Shown here: positions 38,939 through 49,510 of the stretch, in pieces
Numbering within the stretch: the first letter of the stretch is position 1
How the letters are laid out: each line of letters starts with the position of its first letter
From: Deltaproteobacteria bacterium
Lineage (GTDB): Bacteria > Desulfobacterota > GWC2-55-46
Length of the DNA: 64,000 bases
Assembly: GCA_016218105.1 (NCBI GenBank)
Contig: JACRET010000036.1
Location: forward strand, 5,304-69,303
Reading direction: 5' to 3'
Notes under the pieces: model-generated
What the model was told of the DNA's origin: nothing
Databases searched by the model: none
The model's input: the letters and a program-made list of their open reading frames with translations, nothing else
Program-made: the position numbers and the translations under genes

Positions 38939-40672
38939 ATGAAGAACCTAAGCATCAAAGCGAGGCTCATAGCGATATTGGCTGTGTTTGTGATCATAAG
39001 CTCGGGATCGGTCATATACAGCCTCGTGAACATAAGGAGCCAAAAAGGAGATACTCAAATAATCAATCTGGCTGGAAGGCAGAGGGCTTTGACGCAGGCC
39101 CTGGCCAAATCGGTCTTCGGTCTGCACCACAGCGCTGAGGAAGACAATATTGATCCAGTCCAAAAACTAAAAAATATAGACTTTTACAGGTCTGATCTTA
39201 TAGAGAAAAAAAAGGTCTTCAACGATACCCTAACTGCCTTCGCGAACGGCGGCACGGCGGTGAACAGCGAGGGCAATCAGGTCATCATACAAAAAACCCT
39301 GGACAAGGGACTATCCGCCAAGCTTGAAGAATCCAGGGTCCTCTGGGATAAGTTCTCGAAGCAGATAGACGTTATCATCGCGGGCATCAACAACACTGGA
39401 GACCCCGGGGTTGACGCCGCCATAGAGTATATAGAGCAGAACAATATGCCCTTATTCAAAGACATGAACAAGGTTACGCTCCTTTTTCAGGGATTATCGG
39501 ATTCCAAGCTCATTTGGTTCAAAAACTTCCTCTATATAGGGTTACTGCTTAATCTCATGACCTTTGGCGCGGTTATCTGGCTGTTCCACAGGCTCATAAT
39601 CGCGAGGCTCGCCGCGCTCCACCAGCACATGCAGGACATCACCAGCGGAGAGGGCGACCTTACCAAGAGAGTAAAAACCGAATCATCCGATGAAATAGAC
39701 GTCCTCGGACAGGAGTTCAATTTGCTTCTCGGAAACTTCGAAGTCGTAATTTCCAGGCTCATGGGCAGCACCTCTCTCCTTAAAAACTCATCCGAAGGGC
39801 TTTCATCTACGTTCTCCACTATGGTAGACGGCATCGGGATCCAGGACCAGAAGACAAGCCAGGTGGCTACGGCCATGGAAGAGATGAGCGCGACGGTCGT
39901 TGAAGTGGCCAGGAGCGCCTCAAATATGGCTGAAGTCGCCGCAAACGCCGATAACGCGGTAAAGAGCGGTGAAGTGTCGGTTAATAAGGTTATCGGCAGG
40001 ATGAACGATATCGCCCAGTCCACAAGGAATTCGGCCGCTGTCGTTGGCGCGTTAGGCGTAGAATCCCAGAAGATCGGCAATATCATACAGGTCATCAATG
40101 ACATCGCCGACCAGACGAACCTCCTTGCGCTTAATGCCGCGATCGAGGCCGCCAGGGCCGGAGACCAGGGCAGGGGCTTTGCCGTAGTAGCGGACGAGGT
40201 CAGAAAACTCGCGGAGCGCACTACAAGGGCCACAAAGGAAATAGACGTGATGATCAGGTCGATCCAGGAGGAATCTAGGAAGGCTGTTGAATCGATTCAG
40301 AAGGAGTCCGCCACGGTGGATGAGGGGGTGCTGCTTACCAAAGAGGCCGGTGCCGCACTCCTGGATATCACAGACTCCATAAAGAACGTAACGTATATGA
40401 TACAGCAGATAGCCACAAGCACGGAGGAACAGTCGGCTGTAGCTTCAACAATAAGCGCTGACATGGAAACTGTCGCGGGTATCTCAAAAGATTCCTCCAG
40501 GGAAGTCCGGAAAGTAAGCTCCCTGGCACACGACCTGAGTTCGCTGGCGCTGGAGATAGAAGGCAGCCTTTCGAGGTTCAAGGTAAGCGCCTCTATGAAA
40601 AAAGATACCGGTGCCGAGCCCGATGATGTCGTAGTTCCGATCAGTGCGAGACTGGCCATGGGGGACGCGTAG
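38939..40672 (+). CDS. mcp: Methyl-accepting chemotaxis protein with a PilJ/NarX-type (P-box-like) periplasmic sensor
   Basis: N-terminal [21 protein letters not shown] (PilJ/NarX P-box-like), a second TM, HAMP (GEGDLT) and the tip [38 protein letters not shown]. Confidence 0.88.
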   Translation: MKNLSIKARLIAILAVFVIISSGSVIYSLVNIRSQKGDTQIINLAGRQRALTQALAKSVFGLHHSAEEDNIDPVQKLKNIDFYRSDLIEKKKVFNDTLTAFANGGTAVNSEGNQVIIQKTLDKGLSAKLEESRVLWDKFSKQIDVIIAGINNTGDPGVDAAIEYIEQNNMPLFKDMNKVTLLFQGLSDSKLIWFKNFLYIGLLLNLMTFGAVIWLFHRLIIARLAALHQHMQDITSGEGDLTKRVKTESSDEIDVLGQEFNLLLGNFEVVISRLMGSTSLLKNSSEGLSSTFSTMVDGIGIQDQKTSQVATAMEEMSATVVEVARSASNMAEVAANADNAVKSGEVSVNKVIGRMNDIAQSTRNSAAVVGALGVESQKIGNIIQVINDIADQTNLLALNAAIEAARAGDQGRGFAVVADEVRKLAERTTRATKEIDVMIRSIQEESRKAVESIQKESATVDEGVLLTKEAGAALLDITDSIKNVTYMIQQIATSTEEQSAVASTISADMETVAGISKDSSREVRKVSSLAHDLSSLALEIEGSLSRFKVSASMKKDTGAEPDDVVVPISARLAMGDA

Positions 40673-40699
40673 GGTTCCCCGCGGATTCCGCGGGGCGGT

Positions 40700-41977
40700 T
40701 CATTTCAACATCGAAAAATCAACGCCGAAGAAGCTTAAAAGGAGCAGGACGTTCAGGGATATTATTATCCCTCCGCATACATATAACAGCAGGTTTTCAA
40801 ACCTTCCGTTCGCGTAGACACCCATCACCTTTCTTGAGCGGGTAAGTATTATCAAAGGAATGATCGTAAGCGGGAGCTGCATGGAGAGTATCACCTGGCT
40901 CCAGATAAGCGCCTTATAGGTATCGCCAAGAAACATGATTATGATTATCGCGGGGACCGCCGTCAGGAAGACACCGCCCCTGAACCAGGTTTTCTGCGGG
41001 TCTATTTCTTTTCCCAGATACCCTGTGAATACAGTCCCGCCGGCCAGACACGCTGTTATTGATGAAGAGATACCCGCGCATATGAGGGCGACGGCGAAGA
41101 CCAGCTCCGCGAGAGTACCCGCGAGCGGGCGCAGCGTTTCAGCCGCCTGGTTGATGTCGGTCACCAAAACCCCGTTTTTAAAAAATACCGCTGCGGCTAC
41201 GATCACCATTGCGCTGTTTATCATCCATCCCGTGCCCATCGCAAGCAGTGTGTCCGTAAATTCATATCTGAGGAGCTGCCTTTTCCTCTCCTCCGTAACC
41301 GCCTTCCAGTTCCGCCTCTGAATGACCTCGGAATGGAGGTAGATATTGTGCGGCATCACCACGGCCCCGAGCATGCCCATGGCGATAAAAATCTCGGACG
41401 AGCTGATCTTTGGCACCACACTCGCCTTTACGGCCTCCCCCCAGTCAGGACTGACAAGATAAAGCTCCAGAAGGTAGCAGAATCCTATTATGGAGACAAA
41501 GGAGATAATAAGGTGCTCTATCTGATCGTATTTCTGAACGGTTACGAGCGAGAGTATGATGAACCCGGCTATTATCGCCGAAACCCGGAGCGGGAGGCCG
41601 AACAGTATGGTAAAACCTATGGCCGCGCCCAAAAATTCGGCGAGCGCGGTAGCTACGCACGCGAGCATTATCGAGCCGCCGAGGAGATAATTGGCCGATT
41701 TCGGGAACCACATCCTGCACGACTCGGCGAGGCAGGTGCCTGTCACAATGCCGAGGTGCGCGGACATGTGCTGGAGGAAGATGAGCATGAGCGTGGAAAG
41801 TGAGATTACCCATAGGAGCGAATAGTTGAACTCGGACCCTCCGGCTATGTTCGTGGCCCAGTTGCCGGGGTCGATGAAGCCGACCGTAACAAGAAAACCG
41901 GGGCCAAGATACCTCAGAAGCTCGACGTTGAATGTCCGTCCAGGCCCGAAAAAGTCCTTTATCGTTTTTGACGCCAT
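40700..41977 (-). CDS. mntH: Nramp family divalent metal (Mn2+/Fe2+) transporter
   Basis: GPGFLVTVGFIDPGNWATNIAGG (the DPGN motif), 11-12 TM helices, and MPHNIYLHSE. Confidence 0.9.
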   Translation of the reverse strand: MASKTIKDFFGPGRTFNVELLRYLGPGFLVTVGFIDPGNWATNIAGGSEFNYSLLWVISLSTLMLIFLQHMSAHLGIVTGTCLAESCRMWFPKSANYLLGGSIMLACVATALAEFLGAAIGFTILFGLPLRVSAIIAGFIILSLVTVQKYDQIEHLIISFVSIIGFCYLLELYLVSPDWGEAVKASVVPKISSSEIFIAMGMLGAVVMPHNIYLHSEVIQRRNWKAVTEERKRQLLRYEFTDTLLAMGTGWMINSAMVIVAAAVFFKNGVLVTDINQAAETLRPLAGTLAELVFAVALICAGISSSITACLAGGTVFTGYLGKEIDPQKTWFRGGVFLTAVPAIIIIMFLGDTYKALIWSQVILSMQLPLTIIPLIILTRSRKVMGVYANGRFENLLLYVCGGIIISLNVLLLLSFFGVDFSMLK

Positions 41978-41995
41978 CTTTTCCCTCTTCCGTAT

Positions 41996-42847
41996 CTACA
42001 ATGAAATAACGGCCGTGCCGATGACAAGGGTTGAAAACCCCGCCCCCTTTGCCAAAGGCGTGCGGACAAGGAGGGTGTCTCTTTCAGGGTCAACCCCTTC
42101 TATTATACCCAAGGCAATGTCTTTGTGCATCTCATCGCGGAGCGATATCAGCCTTCCCGCAAGCTCCCCGTTATTTTTTGTGGAAGTGAACCTGAGGCCC
42201 ACTTCGCTCCGGGATACGGTTATTACGCGCGACCCGCTGAAGTATTTCCTGAATTTATCTGCCCTGTACTCTGTCCGCTTGAGAACGCTTTTGAACGAAA
42301 TAAAGCCGGGGACATCTATTCTTTCGAAAACAGGGGTCTTCTGAAGCCTGAAACCCTCGATAATATGGCGGAGTTCCCCTTCCCTCTCAAGCGCCACAAC
42401 CATATCAGGCAAAAGCAGTTCTATCTTATACTGCTTGAGTAAGCGCCCCAATGGGCCTCTGACAAGCCCGGTTGTGTCTATTACAAGTTTTTCAGACCTT
42501 TTGGCCGCGCTCTCCACTATTTTTTTGGCCCCTGCCAGCAGAGGCAGCAGATTTCCAGGCGGGCTTAATGCGCCTGTAAAGTACATATCCTCCATCTCTA
42601 TATCGTCCCAATGGCCTTTACCTGCCTTTCCCCATGCTATTGTGGAGGGCGGGCCGATATGGGACTGCCCCATATCGAGATCGGCCGCGCCTGTCTCAAA
42701 ATGTTCGGATAGCAGGCCTGCAAGCGCCTCGCAAAAAGCCGTTTTACCGGAGTCCGCGTCCCCGATTACCATTATGGTCTTTATCGGCCCCGTCAAAATT
42801 CGATCTATTACATCAGTGTCTCTTAGGAATAATCCAAGCCTGTTCAA
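41996..42847 (-). CDS. Clp1/Grc3-like P-loop protein (putative polynucleotide 5'-hydroxyl kinase)
   Basis: The Walker A IMVIGDADSGKTAFCEAL is followed by AADLDMGQSHIGPPSTIAW. This parallels the Clp1 pattern VGP.D.GKST....L.......V.LD.GQ....PG. Confidence 0.55.
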   Translation of the reverse strand: MNRLGLFLRDTDVIDRILTGPIKTIMVIGDADSGKTAFCEALAGLLSEHFETGAADLDMGQSHIGPPSTIAWGKAGKGHWDDIEMEDMYFTGALSPPGNLLPLLAGAKKIVESAAKRSEKLVIDTTGLVRGPLGRLLKQYKIELLLPDMVVALEREGELRHIIEGFRLQKTPVFERIDVPGFISFKSVLKRTEYRADKFRKYFSGSRVITVSRSEVGLRFTSTKNNGELAGRLISLRDEMHKDIALGIIEGVDPERDTLLVRTPLAKGAGFSTLVIGTAVISL

Positions 42848-42949
42848 CGTTCTTTTATCCCTTTGACAGAGTGAATTTAAGGTTTATAATATCATAAAAA
42901 TAATAGCTCTGCGGCGCGCCCCTGAGAACCCGGGGGGACGGGCCTACAC

Positions 42950-43095
42950 AAAACCCCTCTCCCCATTTGGGGAGAGGCTGGGTGAGGGGTTTTAAAAACG
43001 AGATTGCTTCGCTCGGAACGCCGGAAAAGAATGGGCCACCCCGTAGGCAAGGCTGGTATAGCCCCAAAATCTCCCTCCCTCGACGGGAGAGGGAG
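42950..43095. repeat. Two C/G-tract palindromic hairpins in the clp1-like/gcvT divergent intergenic region
   Basis: Hairpin 1 is CCTCTCCCC-ATTT-GGGGAGAGG (42956-42977), nested in AAAACCCC...GGGGTTTT. Hairpin 2 is CTCCCTCCCTC-GAC-GGGAGAGGGAG (43071-43095). Confidence 0.6.
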
Positions 43096-43166
43096 CTATA
43101 AGGAAACCCTGTGGGCTTGCTATATGGAATTTTTCTGACTAAAATTAAAAAAATGATTTTTTTCCT

Positions 43167-43195
43167 TTGACATTTTTTTGGCATTTAGTAATAAT
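43167..43195 (+). promoter_or_regulatory. Candidate sigma70-type promoter for the gcv operon
   Basis: TTGACA, a 17-nt spacer, then AATAAT. It lies about 55 nt upstream of the gcvT start. Confidence 0.4.
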
Positions 43196-43250
43196 TCAAC
43201 TGCTTGATATTTCTTAAAGGATTTGAAGGCTTCTCGACTTCAGAAATTCA

Positions 43251-44339
43251 GTGTTAAAAAGAACGCCATTATATAACACACACGTCTCTCTCGGCGCGAG
43301 GATAGTAGACTTCGCCGGGTGGGAGATGCCAGTCCAGTACAAAGGTGTAATCGAAGAGCACAATGCGGTTCGTTCCTCATGCGGCCTGTTCGATGTAAGC
43401 CACATGGGCGAGATTGAGATTTCGGGGCCAAAGGCGCTAGATGCCGTACGTCTCCTTATGACAAACGACATCGAACGCGTTGTAGACGGCCAGTGCCAGT
43501 ACACCCTTCTCTGCTATCCGGACGGCGGCGTAGTCGATGACTGCATCGTCTACCGTTATAACAGGGACAGGTTCCTTTTTTGCGTAAACGCGTCGAATAC
43601 TGATAAAGTCTTCGACTGGATGCAGAAACAGGTTTCCGGACTGGCCCTTGTCGAAAACCTAAGCTCCGAGTTAGGCCAGATCGCGATACAGGGCCCTTCC
43701 GCGCCTGACATCCTGAGGCCTATCATAGACATAGACCCGGACGACGTGGAACACTTTCACTTTGTTTTAGCTGAATTGAACGGCCATATAGAAGCGCTGG
43801 TATCGAGGACCGGATATACGGGTGAGGACGGGTTCGAGATCTACCTACCCTCCGACGATACTGTCGAGGTCTGGAATTCATTGATGGAGGCCGGAAAGGG
43901 TTTCGGCATCCAGCCAATCGGCCTTGGCGCAAGAGACACGCTCCGCCTTGAGATGGGATATCCGCTATACGGCCATGAGCTCTCTGAGAAGCTTACGCCG
44001 ATAGAAGCGGGGCTTGGCAAATACGTAAAATTCGGCGACAGGGAATTTCTAGGCCAAAAGCCTTTAAAACAGCAAAAAGAGGCCGGTGTATCAAAGGCCC
44101 TTGTGGGCTTCAGGATGAAAGACCCGGGGATCCCCCGCGCCGATTATGAGATATTCAAAGACGGGAAGAAGACGGGCTGGGTCACCAGCGGCACAAGCTC
44201 TCCTTCCCTTAAGACAGGCATAGGGATGGGTTATGTCGAGCCGGAGCTGAAAGAACCCGGCACCGAGATTGAGATCATGATCAGGAACAGGGCCGCAAAG
44301 GCCGAGGTCATAAAGCCGCCCTTTTACAAAAGAGCATAA
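43251..44339 (+). CDS. gcvT: Glycine cleavage system aminomethyltransferase (T protein)
   Basis: LKRTPLYNTHVSLGARIVDFAGWEMPVQY...FDVSHMGE. GTG start. Confidence 0.93.
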   Translation: MLKRTPLYNTHVSLGARIVDFAGWEMPVQYKGVIEEHNAVRSSCGLFDVSHMGEIEISGPKALDAVRLLMTNDIERVVDGQCQYTLLCYPDGGVVDDCIVYRYNRDRFLFCVNASNTDKVFDWMQKQVSGLALVENLSSELGQIAIQGPSAPDILRPIIDIDPDDVEHFHFVLAELNGHIEALVSRTGYTGEDGFEIYLPSDDTVEVWNSLMEAGKGFGIQPIGLGARDTLRLEMGYPLYGHELSEKLTPIEAGLGKYVKFGDREFLGQKPLKQQKEAGVSKALVGFRMKDPGIPRADYEIFKDGKKTGWVTSGTSSPSLKTGIGMGYVEPELKEPGTEIEIMIRNRAAKAEVIKPPFYKRA

Positions 44340-44381
44340 AATCGATAATATATAAATTTATAAGAAGGAAGGAGATAGAAT

Positions 44382-44768
44382 ATGGAGTTCCCGAAGGACC
44401 TTAAATATACCAAAGAGCACGAATGGGTTAAGGTCGAAGGAAGTATCGCCACAGTAGGGATTACCGATTATGCCCAGGATTCTCTTGGAGACGTGGTCTA
44501 CGTGGAACTGCCCCAGGAAGGGGGTTCGGTTACCAAAAACGAACCTTTCGGAGTAGTTGAATCCGTTAAAGCAGTATCTGACCTTTACTCGCCCTTAAGC
44601 GGCAGCGTTCACGAGGTAAACGATTCGATAATAGACAGCCCCGAGGTCATTAACGAAGACCCTTACGGCGATGCCTGGATGATTAAGATAGAGATCAATA
44701 GTCCCGATGACCTTGAAGACCTTTTGAACTCTGAAGAGTACGCAAAATTCATAGAGGAAGAGAAGTAG
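44382..44768 (+). CDS. gcvH: Glycine cleavage system H protein
   Basis: 128 aa; YTKEHEWV, and the lipoyl-lysine motif ESVKAVSDLYSP. Confidence 0.93.
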   Translation: MEFPKDLKYTKEHEWVKVEGSIATVGITDYAQDSLGDVVYVELPQEGGSVTKNEPFGVVESVKAVSDLYSPLSGSVHEVNDSIIDSPEVINEDPYGDAWMIKIEINSPDDLEDLLNSEEYAKFIEEEK

Positions 44769-44774
44769 AGTTCA

Positions 44775-46127
44775 GTGCCGTACATACCGCATACAAAAGA
44801 AGACCGGCAGGAACTCCTCAAGGCGATCGGGGTAAACTCGATAGACGATCTTCTGGCGGCCTTGCCGGAGGAACTAAGGGCAAAAGCCGCGCTGGGTCTG
44901 CCGAAGGGGCTTAGCGAGCAGGAGCTTGCAAAGAACTTAAAAGAGCTTAGCTTAAAGAACTCGACGGTAGAGGATTATTCAAGTTTCCTCGGAGCCGGCG
45001 CTTACAACCACTATATACCATCTATTGTAGACAGCCTCATCTCCAGATCTGAATTTTACACCTCATACACCCCCTATCAGCCTGAAATAAGCCAGGGTAC
45101 GCTCCAGGCTATATTTGAGTACCAGACGCTTGTCTGCCAGCTTACAGGGATGGATGTCTCTAACGCCTCCCTTTACGACGGCGCTTCAGCGGTTGCCGAA
45201 GCGGTGCTTATGGCGCGGCGCATTACCGGAAAAGACAAGGTGCTCTTAAGCGGGGCTTTGCATCCCGAGTACAGGGAGACCGCGAGGACTTATCTAAGGG
45301 GCGCCGGAGACCATGTCTCGGAGGTGATGTACTGCACGGAGGCGGGTACGACGCTCCCGGATGCGGTCGACGCATCCCTGTCAGGGGACAGCGCGTGCGT
45401 AGTCATTCAGCAGCCTAACTTTTTCGGCTCTATAGAAGACATCCCAGCCCTGGCTGAAGCCGCGCACAGGAAAGGCGCGTTATTGATCGTAGTAGTCAAC
45501 GAAGCCGTCTCGCTTGGGCTCTTGAAGTCCCCGGGTGAGCTTGGCGCTGACATAGCCATCGGAGAGAATCAGTCATTCGGCAACGCACTTAACTTCGGCG
45601 GGCCGTATTTGGGCTTCATGGCCACAAAAACGGAATTCGTCAGGCAGATGCCCGGCCGTATTATCGGCGAGACGGTGGATAAGCACGGGAAAAGGGCTTT
45701 CTGCCTCACATTCTCCACACGCGAGCAGCACATCAGGAGAGAGCGCGCCACCTCGAACATATGCACCAACCACGGGCTATGCGCCTTAGCCGCTTCCATC
45801 CACATGGTAAGCCTCGGCTCTGTCGGCCTTAAAAAATTAGCGCTTCTAAACCTGTCAAAAACGGAATATTTAAAAAACAGGCTCAAAGAGATCTCAGGCG
45901 TAACTATCGCCTTCAGCTCCCCTACTTTTAACGAATTCACCCTGAAACTCGGGGATCACGCCCCTGAAGCCGTCTTAAAGGCCCTTTTGAAAAAGCGGAT
46001 TATCGGCGGCCTCGATCTGAAGAGGTTCTATCCCGAACTCAAGAGCCACATTTTAATTTCCGCAACCGAGATGAACTCGAAGGAAGAGATGGACAGGTTC
46101 GCGGCAGAGCTTGGCAGTGTAATTTAA
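44775..46127 (+). CDS. gcvPA: Glycine dehydrogenase (decarboxylating) subunit 1
   Basis: FLGAGAYNHYIPS...SYTPYQPEISQGTLQAIFEYQT. Its operon position is between gcvH and gcvPB. Confidence 0.92.
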   Translation: MPYIPHTKEDRQELLKAIGVNSIDDLLAALPEELRAKAALGLPKGLSEQELAKNLKELSLKNSTVEDYSSFLGAGAYNHYIPSIVDSLISRSEFYTSYTPYQPEISQGTLQAIFEYQTLVCQLTGMDVSNASLYDGASAVAEAVLMARRITGKDKVLLSGALHPEYRETARTYLRGAGDHVSEVMYCTEAGTTLPDAVDASLSGDSACVVIQQPNFFGSIEDIPALAEAAHRKGALLIVVVNEAVSLGLLKSPGELGADIAIGENQSFGNALNFGGPYLGFMATKTEFVRQMPGRIIGETVDKHGKRAFCLTFSTREQHIRRERATSNICTNHGLCALAASIHMVSLGSVGLKKLALLNLSKTEYLKNRLKEISGVTIAFSSPTFNEFTLKLGDHAPEAVLKALLKKRIIGGLDLKRFYPELKSHILISATEMNSKEEMDRFAAELGSVI

Positions 46128-46164
46128 ACCGCTCCCCTTTTTAAGAAGGAATGGTACAAAGAGA

Positions 46165-47643
46165 ATGTCTACAAACGGAATAAAAGGGCTCCTTATGGAT
46201 GAGCCCCTTATATTTGAAAAATCGTCCGAGGGGCGCACCGGCATATGCCCGTCTGAATTCGACGTGCCTCCTGCTGACGCAAAGGCCCTTATACCCCAGA
46301 ACCTCATCAGGGAGACGATCGAAGGCTTCCCCGACGTAGCCGAGATCGACATAGCCCGCCATTATACAAGGCTATCTCAGTGGAACTTCGGGCTGGATAC
46401 TGGCTTTTACCCTCTCGGCTCATGCACGATGAAGTATAACCCTAAGGTAAACGAGACTGTCGCGCGATTCCCGGGTTTTACCATGCTCCATCCTTACGAA
46501 CCGGAGGAATTCACCCAGGGCGCGCTGGAACTCATGTACGAGCTTGAGACCTATCTCGCCGAAATCAGCGGCCTGGACGCGGTAACGCTGCAGCCTTCGG
46601 CCGGCGCTCACGGAGAGCTTTGCGGCCTTCTTATGATAGCCGCTTATTTCAAGGACAAAGGCAGGCCCCGCACAAAGATCATAATACCCGATACGGCTCA
46701 CGGCACTAACCCGGCAAGCTCGCACCTCGCGGGCTTTAAGGTCGTCCCTGTAAAGTCGGAGGGCAGGGGAGTCCTGTCGGTAGAGGCGATCAGGGATGTA
46801 ATGGATGAGGATACGGCAGGCCTCATGCTCACAAACCCCAACACCATCGGGTTATTCGAACGCAATATCAGAGAGATAGCCAAAATCGTCCATAAGAAGG
46901 GCGGTTTTGTCTATTGCGACGGGGCGAATTTAAATGCCTTAATGGGCATAATCAAATTGGGCGATCTGGGCGTTGACGTAGTCCAGTTCAATCTGCATAA
47001 GACATTTTCAACGCCTCACGGCGGCGGCGGCCCTGGAAGCGGCCCCGTAGGGGTAAAAAAGATTCTGGAGCCGTTCCTCCCCATCCCGAGAATAAAAAAA
47101 TCGAGGAAGAAGTATTCTCTTGTCTACGACAGCCCCAAGGCTATAGGAAGGCTCAAGGCTTTTTACGGAAACTTCTCCATCATGGTAAGGGCTTACAGCT
47201 ACATAAGAAGGATGGGGCCTGACGGCCTGAAGAAGGCGAGCGAGACCGCCATACTCAACGCCAACTATATTAAAGAAAAGCTCAGGGACGTATTCAACCT
47301 TGCTTATGATCAGCCCTGCATGCACGAGGCGGTCTTCTCTGACAAGAACCAGACCGGTTACGGCGTTTCGACCATGGACATGGCGAAGAGGCTTATAGAT
47401 TACGGCTACCATCCGCCGACAGTGTACTTCCCGCTCGTTGTCCACGGGGCGATAATGATCGAGCCCACTGAGACCGAGACCAAAGAGACGATGGACAGGT
47501 TTATAGAGGTAATGAGGAAGATAGCGGAGGAAGCAAGAGAGAACCCTCAGCTCCTTAAGGACTCCCCTACAAAGACGAAGGTCGGAAGGGTTGACGAGAC
47601 CAGGGCCGCGAGGGAGCCTGTGTTGAGGTGGAGGAAGAAGTAG
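46165..47643 (+). CDS. gcvPB: Glycine dehydrogenase (decarboxylating) subunit 2 (PLP-binding)
   Basis: YPLGSCTMKYNPK..., and the PLP lysine motif NLHKTFSTPHGGGGPG. Confidence 0.92.
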   Translation: MSTNGIKGLLMDEPLIFEKSSEGRTGICPSEFDVPPADAKALIPQNLIRETIEGFPDVAEIDIARHYTRLSQWNFGLDTGFYPLGSCTMKYNPKVNETVARFPGFTMLHPYEPEEFTQGALELMYELETYLAEISGLDAVTLQPSAGAHGELCGLLMIAAYFKDKGRPRTKIIIPDTAHGTNPASSHLAGFKVVPVKSEGRGVLSVEAIRDVMDEDTAGLMLTNPNTIGLFERNIREIAKIVHKKGGFVYCDGANLNALMGIIKLGDLGVDVVQFNLHKTFSTPHGGGGPGSGPVGVKKILEPFLPIPRIKKSRKKYSLVYDSPKAIGRLKAFYGNFSIMVRAYSYIRRMGPDGLKKASETAILNANYIKEKLRDVFNLAYDQPCMHEAVFSDKNQTGYGVSTMDMAKRLIDYGYHPPTVYFPLVVHGAIMIEPTETETKETMDRFIEVMRKIAEEARENPQLLKDSPTKTKVGRVDETRAAREPVLRWRKK

Positions 47644-47693
47644 TATCCGCCACTTGCGGGTATGGCGAAGCAATCTATTGAATATTTAATGTT

Positions 47694-47725
47694 GGGCGGA
47701 TAGAATTTAATCCGCCCTTTTTTTT
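47694..47725 (+). terminator. Rho-independent terminator of the gcv operon
   Basis: GGGCGGAT-AGAATTTA-ATCCGCCC followed by TTTTTTTT. Confidence 0.85.
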
Positions 47726-47832
47726 GATTTTTACATAATCGAAATAAGAGATCAGATCAGAAAAACCCCGTCGTTTACGGCAGGATTTTCTTATAGTTTC
47801 CCCGGCCCGTTCAGGGAACGGGCCCTGCTCCC

Positions 47833-49302
47833 TCAACTCCACGCGTAATCGTTATACGCCATCAAGGTAAGTATCGTCGAGACCCTAACCCTCTTGTCAA
47901 AGAGCCTAGGCAGTATCTTGAGGATAAATTTTGTCCTTGGCAGATTTGTTGAAAATAGCATCGTACCCAGCCGCAGCGCGAAGAGGAGGCGGTATTTAAA
48001 TTTTATCGGGTCGATCTCATTGGAATGTCTCCAGAAGTCGGCCTCCCAGTAAGAATCGAGCTTCTTATATATAGAATCGAATGAGTAGACGCTTTTAATG
48101 ACCCGGTCATATCCTTTCTTAAGCCCTTCGGGCGACATGAGGGCGGGACTGAATACTACCGTCTTGGCGTCATACTTCGACCAGTCCTTATGTATTATCC
48201 TTCCCTCTTCCTCAAAACGCTTGAACAGCTTCGTCCCCGGAAAGGGGGTCAGTATATTTATAAGCGGCATGAGCAGTCTCGACTCATCCATAAATTTTAT
48301 CAGCTCGTCAAAGGACGACTCCGTGTCGAAGTCATAGCCCAGGATGAACGAGCCGTGCACGAGTATCCCGAAGGATTGTATCTTTTTTATCGCGTCTATA
48401 TAGTTGAGCCTCAGGTTTACCTTTTTATCCATGCAGGAGAGGTTTTTTTCCGAGACGGACTCAAAGCCTATCAGTATCGCCCCGCAGCCGCTATCCTTCA
48501 TCAGCCGGAGCGTCTCGTCGTCCTGCGCTATATTTATGGATGCCTGACACGACCAGTTGAGCTTAAGGGGCTTCAGGGCCTTGAAAAGCCCCCTGGCAAA
48601 GGCCTTATCAGCGATAATATTGTCATCCGCGAAGAAGATCGATTTTCTCTTGAAACCGGCATTCCGGCTTAAGCTCGTTATCTCTTTTACGAGCTGATCG
48701 ATAGTTTTGTTCCGTATGCTTTTACCGTCAAAAGCGAACACCGAACAGAATTCGCATTGGAAGGGGCACCCTTTTGTCGTCTGGACTACATCTGAAAAAT
48801 ATTTGTTATTTGAAAGTACCCCCCTCGCCGGGGGCGGATAGGCCTTGAGATCGGCCTTCCTGCCTGCCTCGTAAGTCCTTTTAAGCCTTCCATTACCGGC
48901 GTCTTGAAGCACGGCTTGCCAGACCTCCTCTGCCTCGCCTATAACGACGGCGTCAGCATGTCCAAGGGCCTCTTCAGGGCACATGGACGGATGTATGCCG
49001 CCCATAACGGTCTTAACTCCCTTTCTGCGGAAGTTGTCGGATATTTCGTAGGCCCTTTTCGCGAACATCGTCCTGACGCTTATGCCGGCCAGGTCCGCGC
49101 CCCAGTTATAATCGATCTCCTCTATATTCTCATCGAAGACCCTTACCTCGTGTTCCGGCGGGGTCAGGGAAGCCAGCGTGGGGACGGCGAGCAGGTACGA
49201 GAAATATTTTTTTGAAAAAAGAAATTTCGAGAAAAATTTGTAGTCGTAAAAACTCTTCTCTTTTTCAGAGCTATTTTTGGGGATAATGAGAGCGATCTTC
49301 AT
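47833..49302 (-). CDS. B12-binding-domain radical SAM protein (class B)
   Basis: Start placed at the ATG at 49302 (MKIALIIPKN..., GGAGAA RBS). An N-terminal cobalamin-binding-like domain is followed by the CxxxCxxC cluster motif TTKGCPFQCEFCSV. Confidence 0.8.
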   Translation of the reverse strand: MKIALIIPKNSSEKEKSFYDYKFFSKFLFSKKYFSYLLAVPTLASLTPPEHEVRVFDENIEEIDYNWGADLAGISVRTMFAKRAYEISDNFRRKGVKTVMGGIHPSMCPEEALGHADAVVIGEAEEVWQAVLQDAGNGRLKRTYEAGRKADLKAYPPPARGVLSNNKYFSDVVQTTKGCPFQCEFCSVFAFDGKSIRNKTIDQLVKEITSLSRNAGFKRKSIFFADDNIIADKAFARGLFKALKPLKLNWSCQASINIAQDDETLRLMKDSGCGAILIGFESVSEKNLSCMDKKVNLRLNYIDAIKKIQSFGILVHGSFILGYDFDTESSFDELIKFMDESRLLMPLINILTPFPGTKLFKRFEEEGRIIHKDWSKYDAKTVVFSPALMSPEGLKKGYDRVIKSVYSFDSIYKKLDSYWEADFWRHSNEIDPIKFKYRLLFALRLGTMLFSTNLPRTKFILKILPRLFDKRVRVSTILTLMAYNDYAWS

Positions 49303-49510
49303 ATAGCGCCTTAATTTCTCCGCCGTCTCCCGCAGGGGAGATGGAACCACAATGAAACTCCGCGTAAAGCCACAGGGAATTGACCGATTAAAAAATCTGC
49401 AAATCAGTCTAGCAGAAAAACGGGAGGCCCGCTGGGGAGCGTACCTTTTTTTTAGTGGTGGATGGGGAGGCAAATGCAGTAAACTAAACATATCTCAACG
49501 GAAGGCCGGT

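Noticed and set aside
42855-43184. 109-aa minus-strand ORF in the clp1-like/gcvT intergenic region.
   Set aside because: It reads straight through the two C/G-tract palindromes (PLPKWGEGF...), so it is a translation artefact of repeat DNA.
42900-43250. Expected glycine riboswitch upstream of gcvT.
   Set aside because: I find no tandem aptamer cores (no GGAGAG...CACCGAAGGGGCAA-like or ACCGAAGG motifs). The spacer is occupied by palindromes and an AT-rich promoter region.
49303-49491. 63-aa N-terminal extension of the radical SAM ORF.
   Set aside because: The extension is Arg/Pro/Phe-rich junk. The ATG at 49302 has a GGAGAA RBS and starts the B12-binding-like domain.
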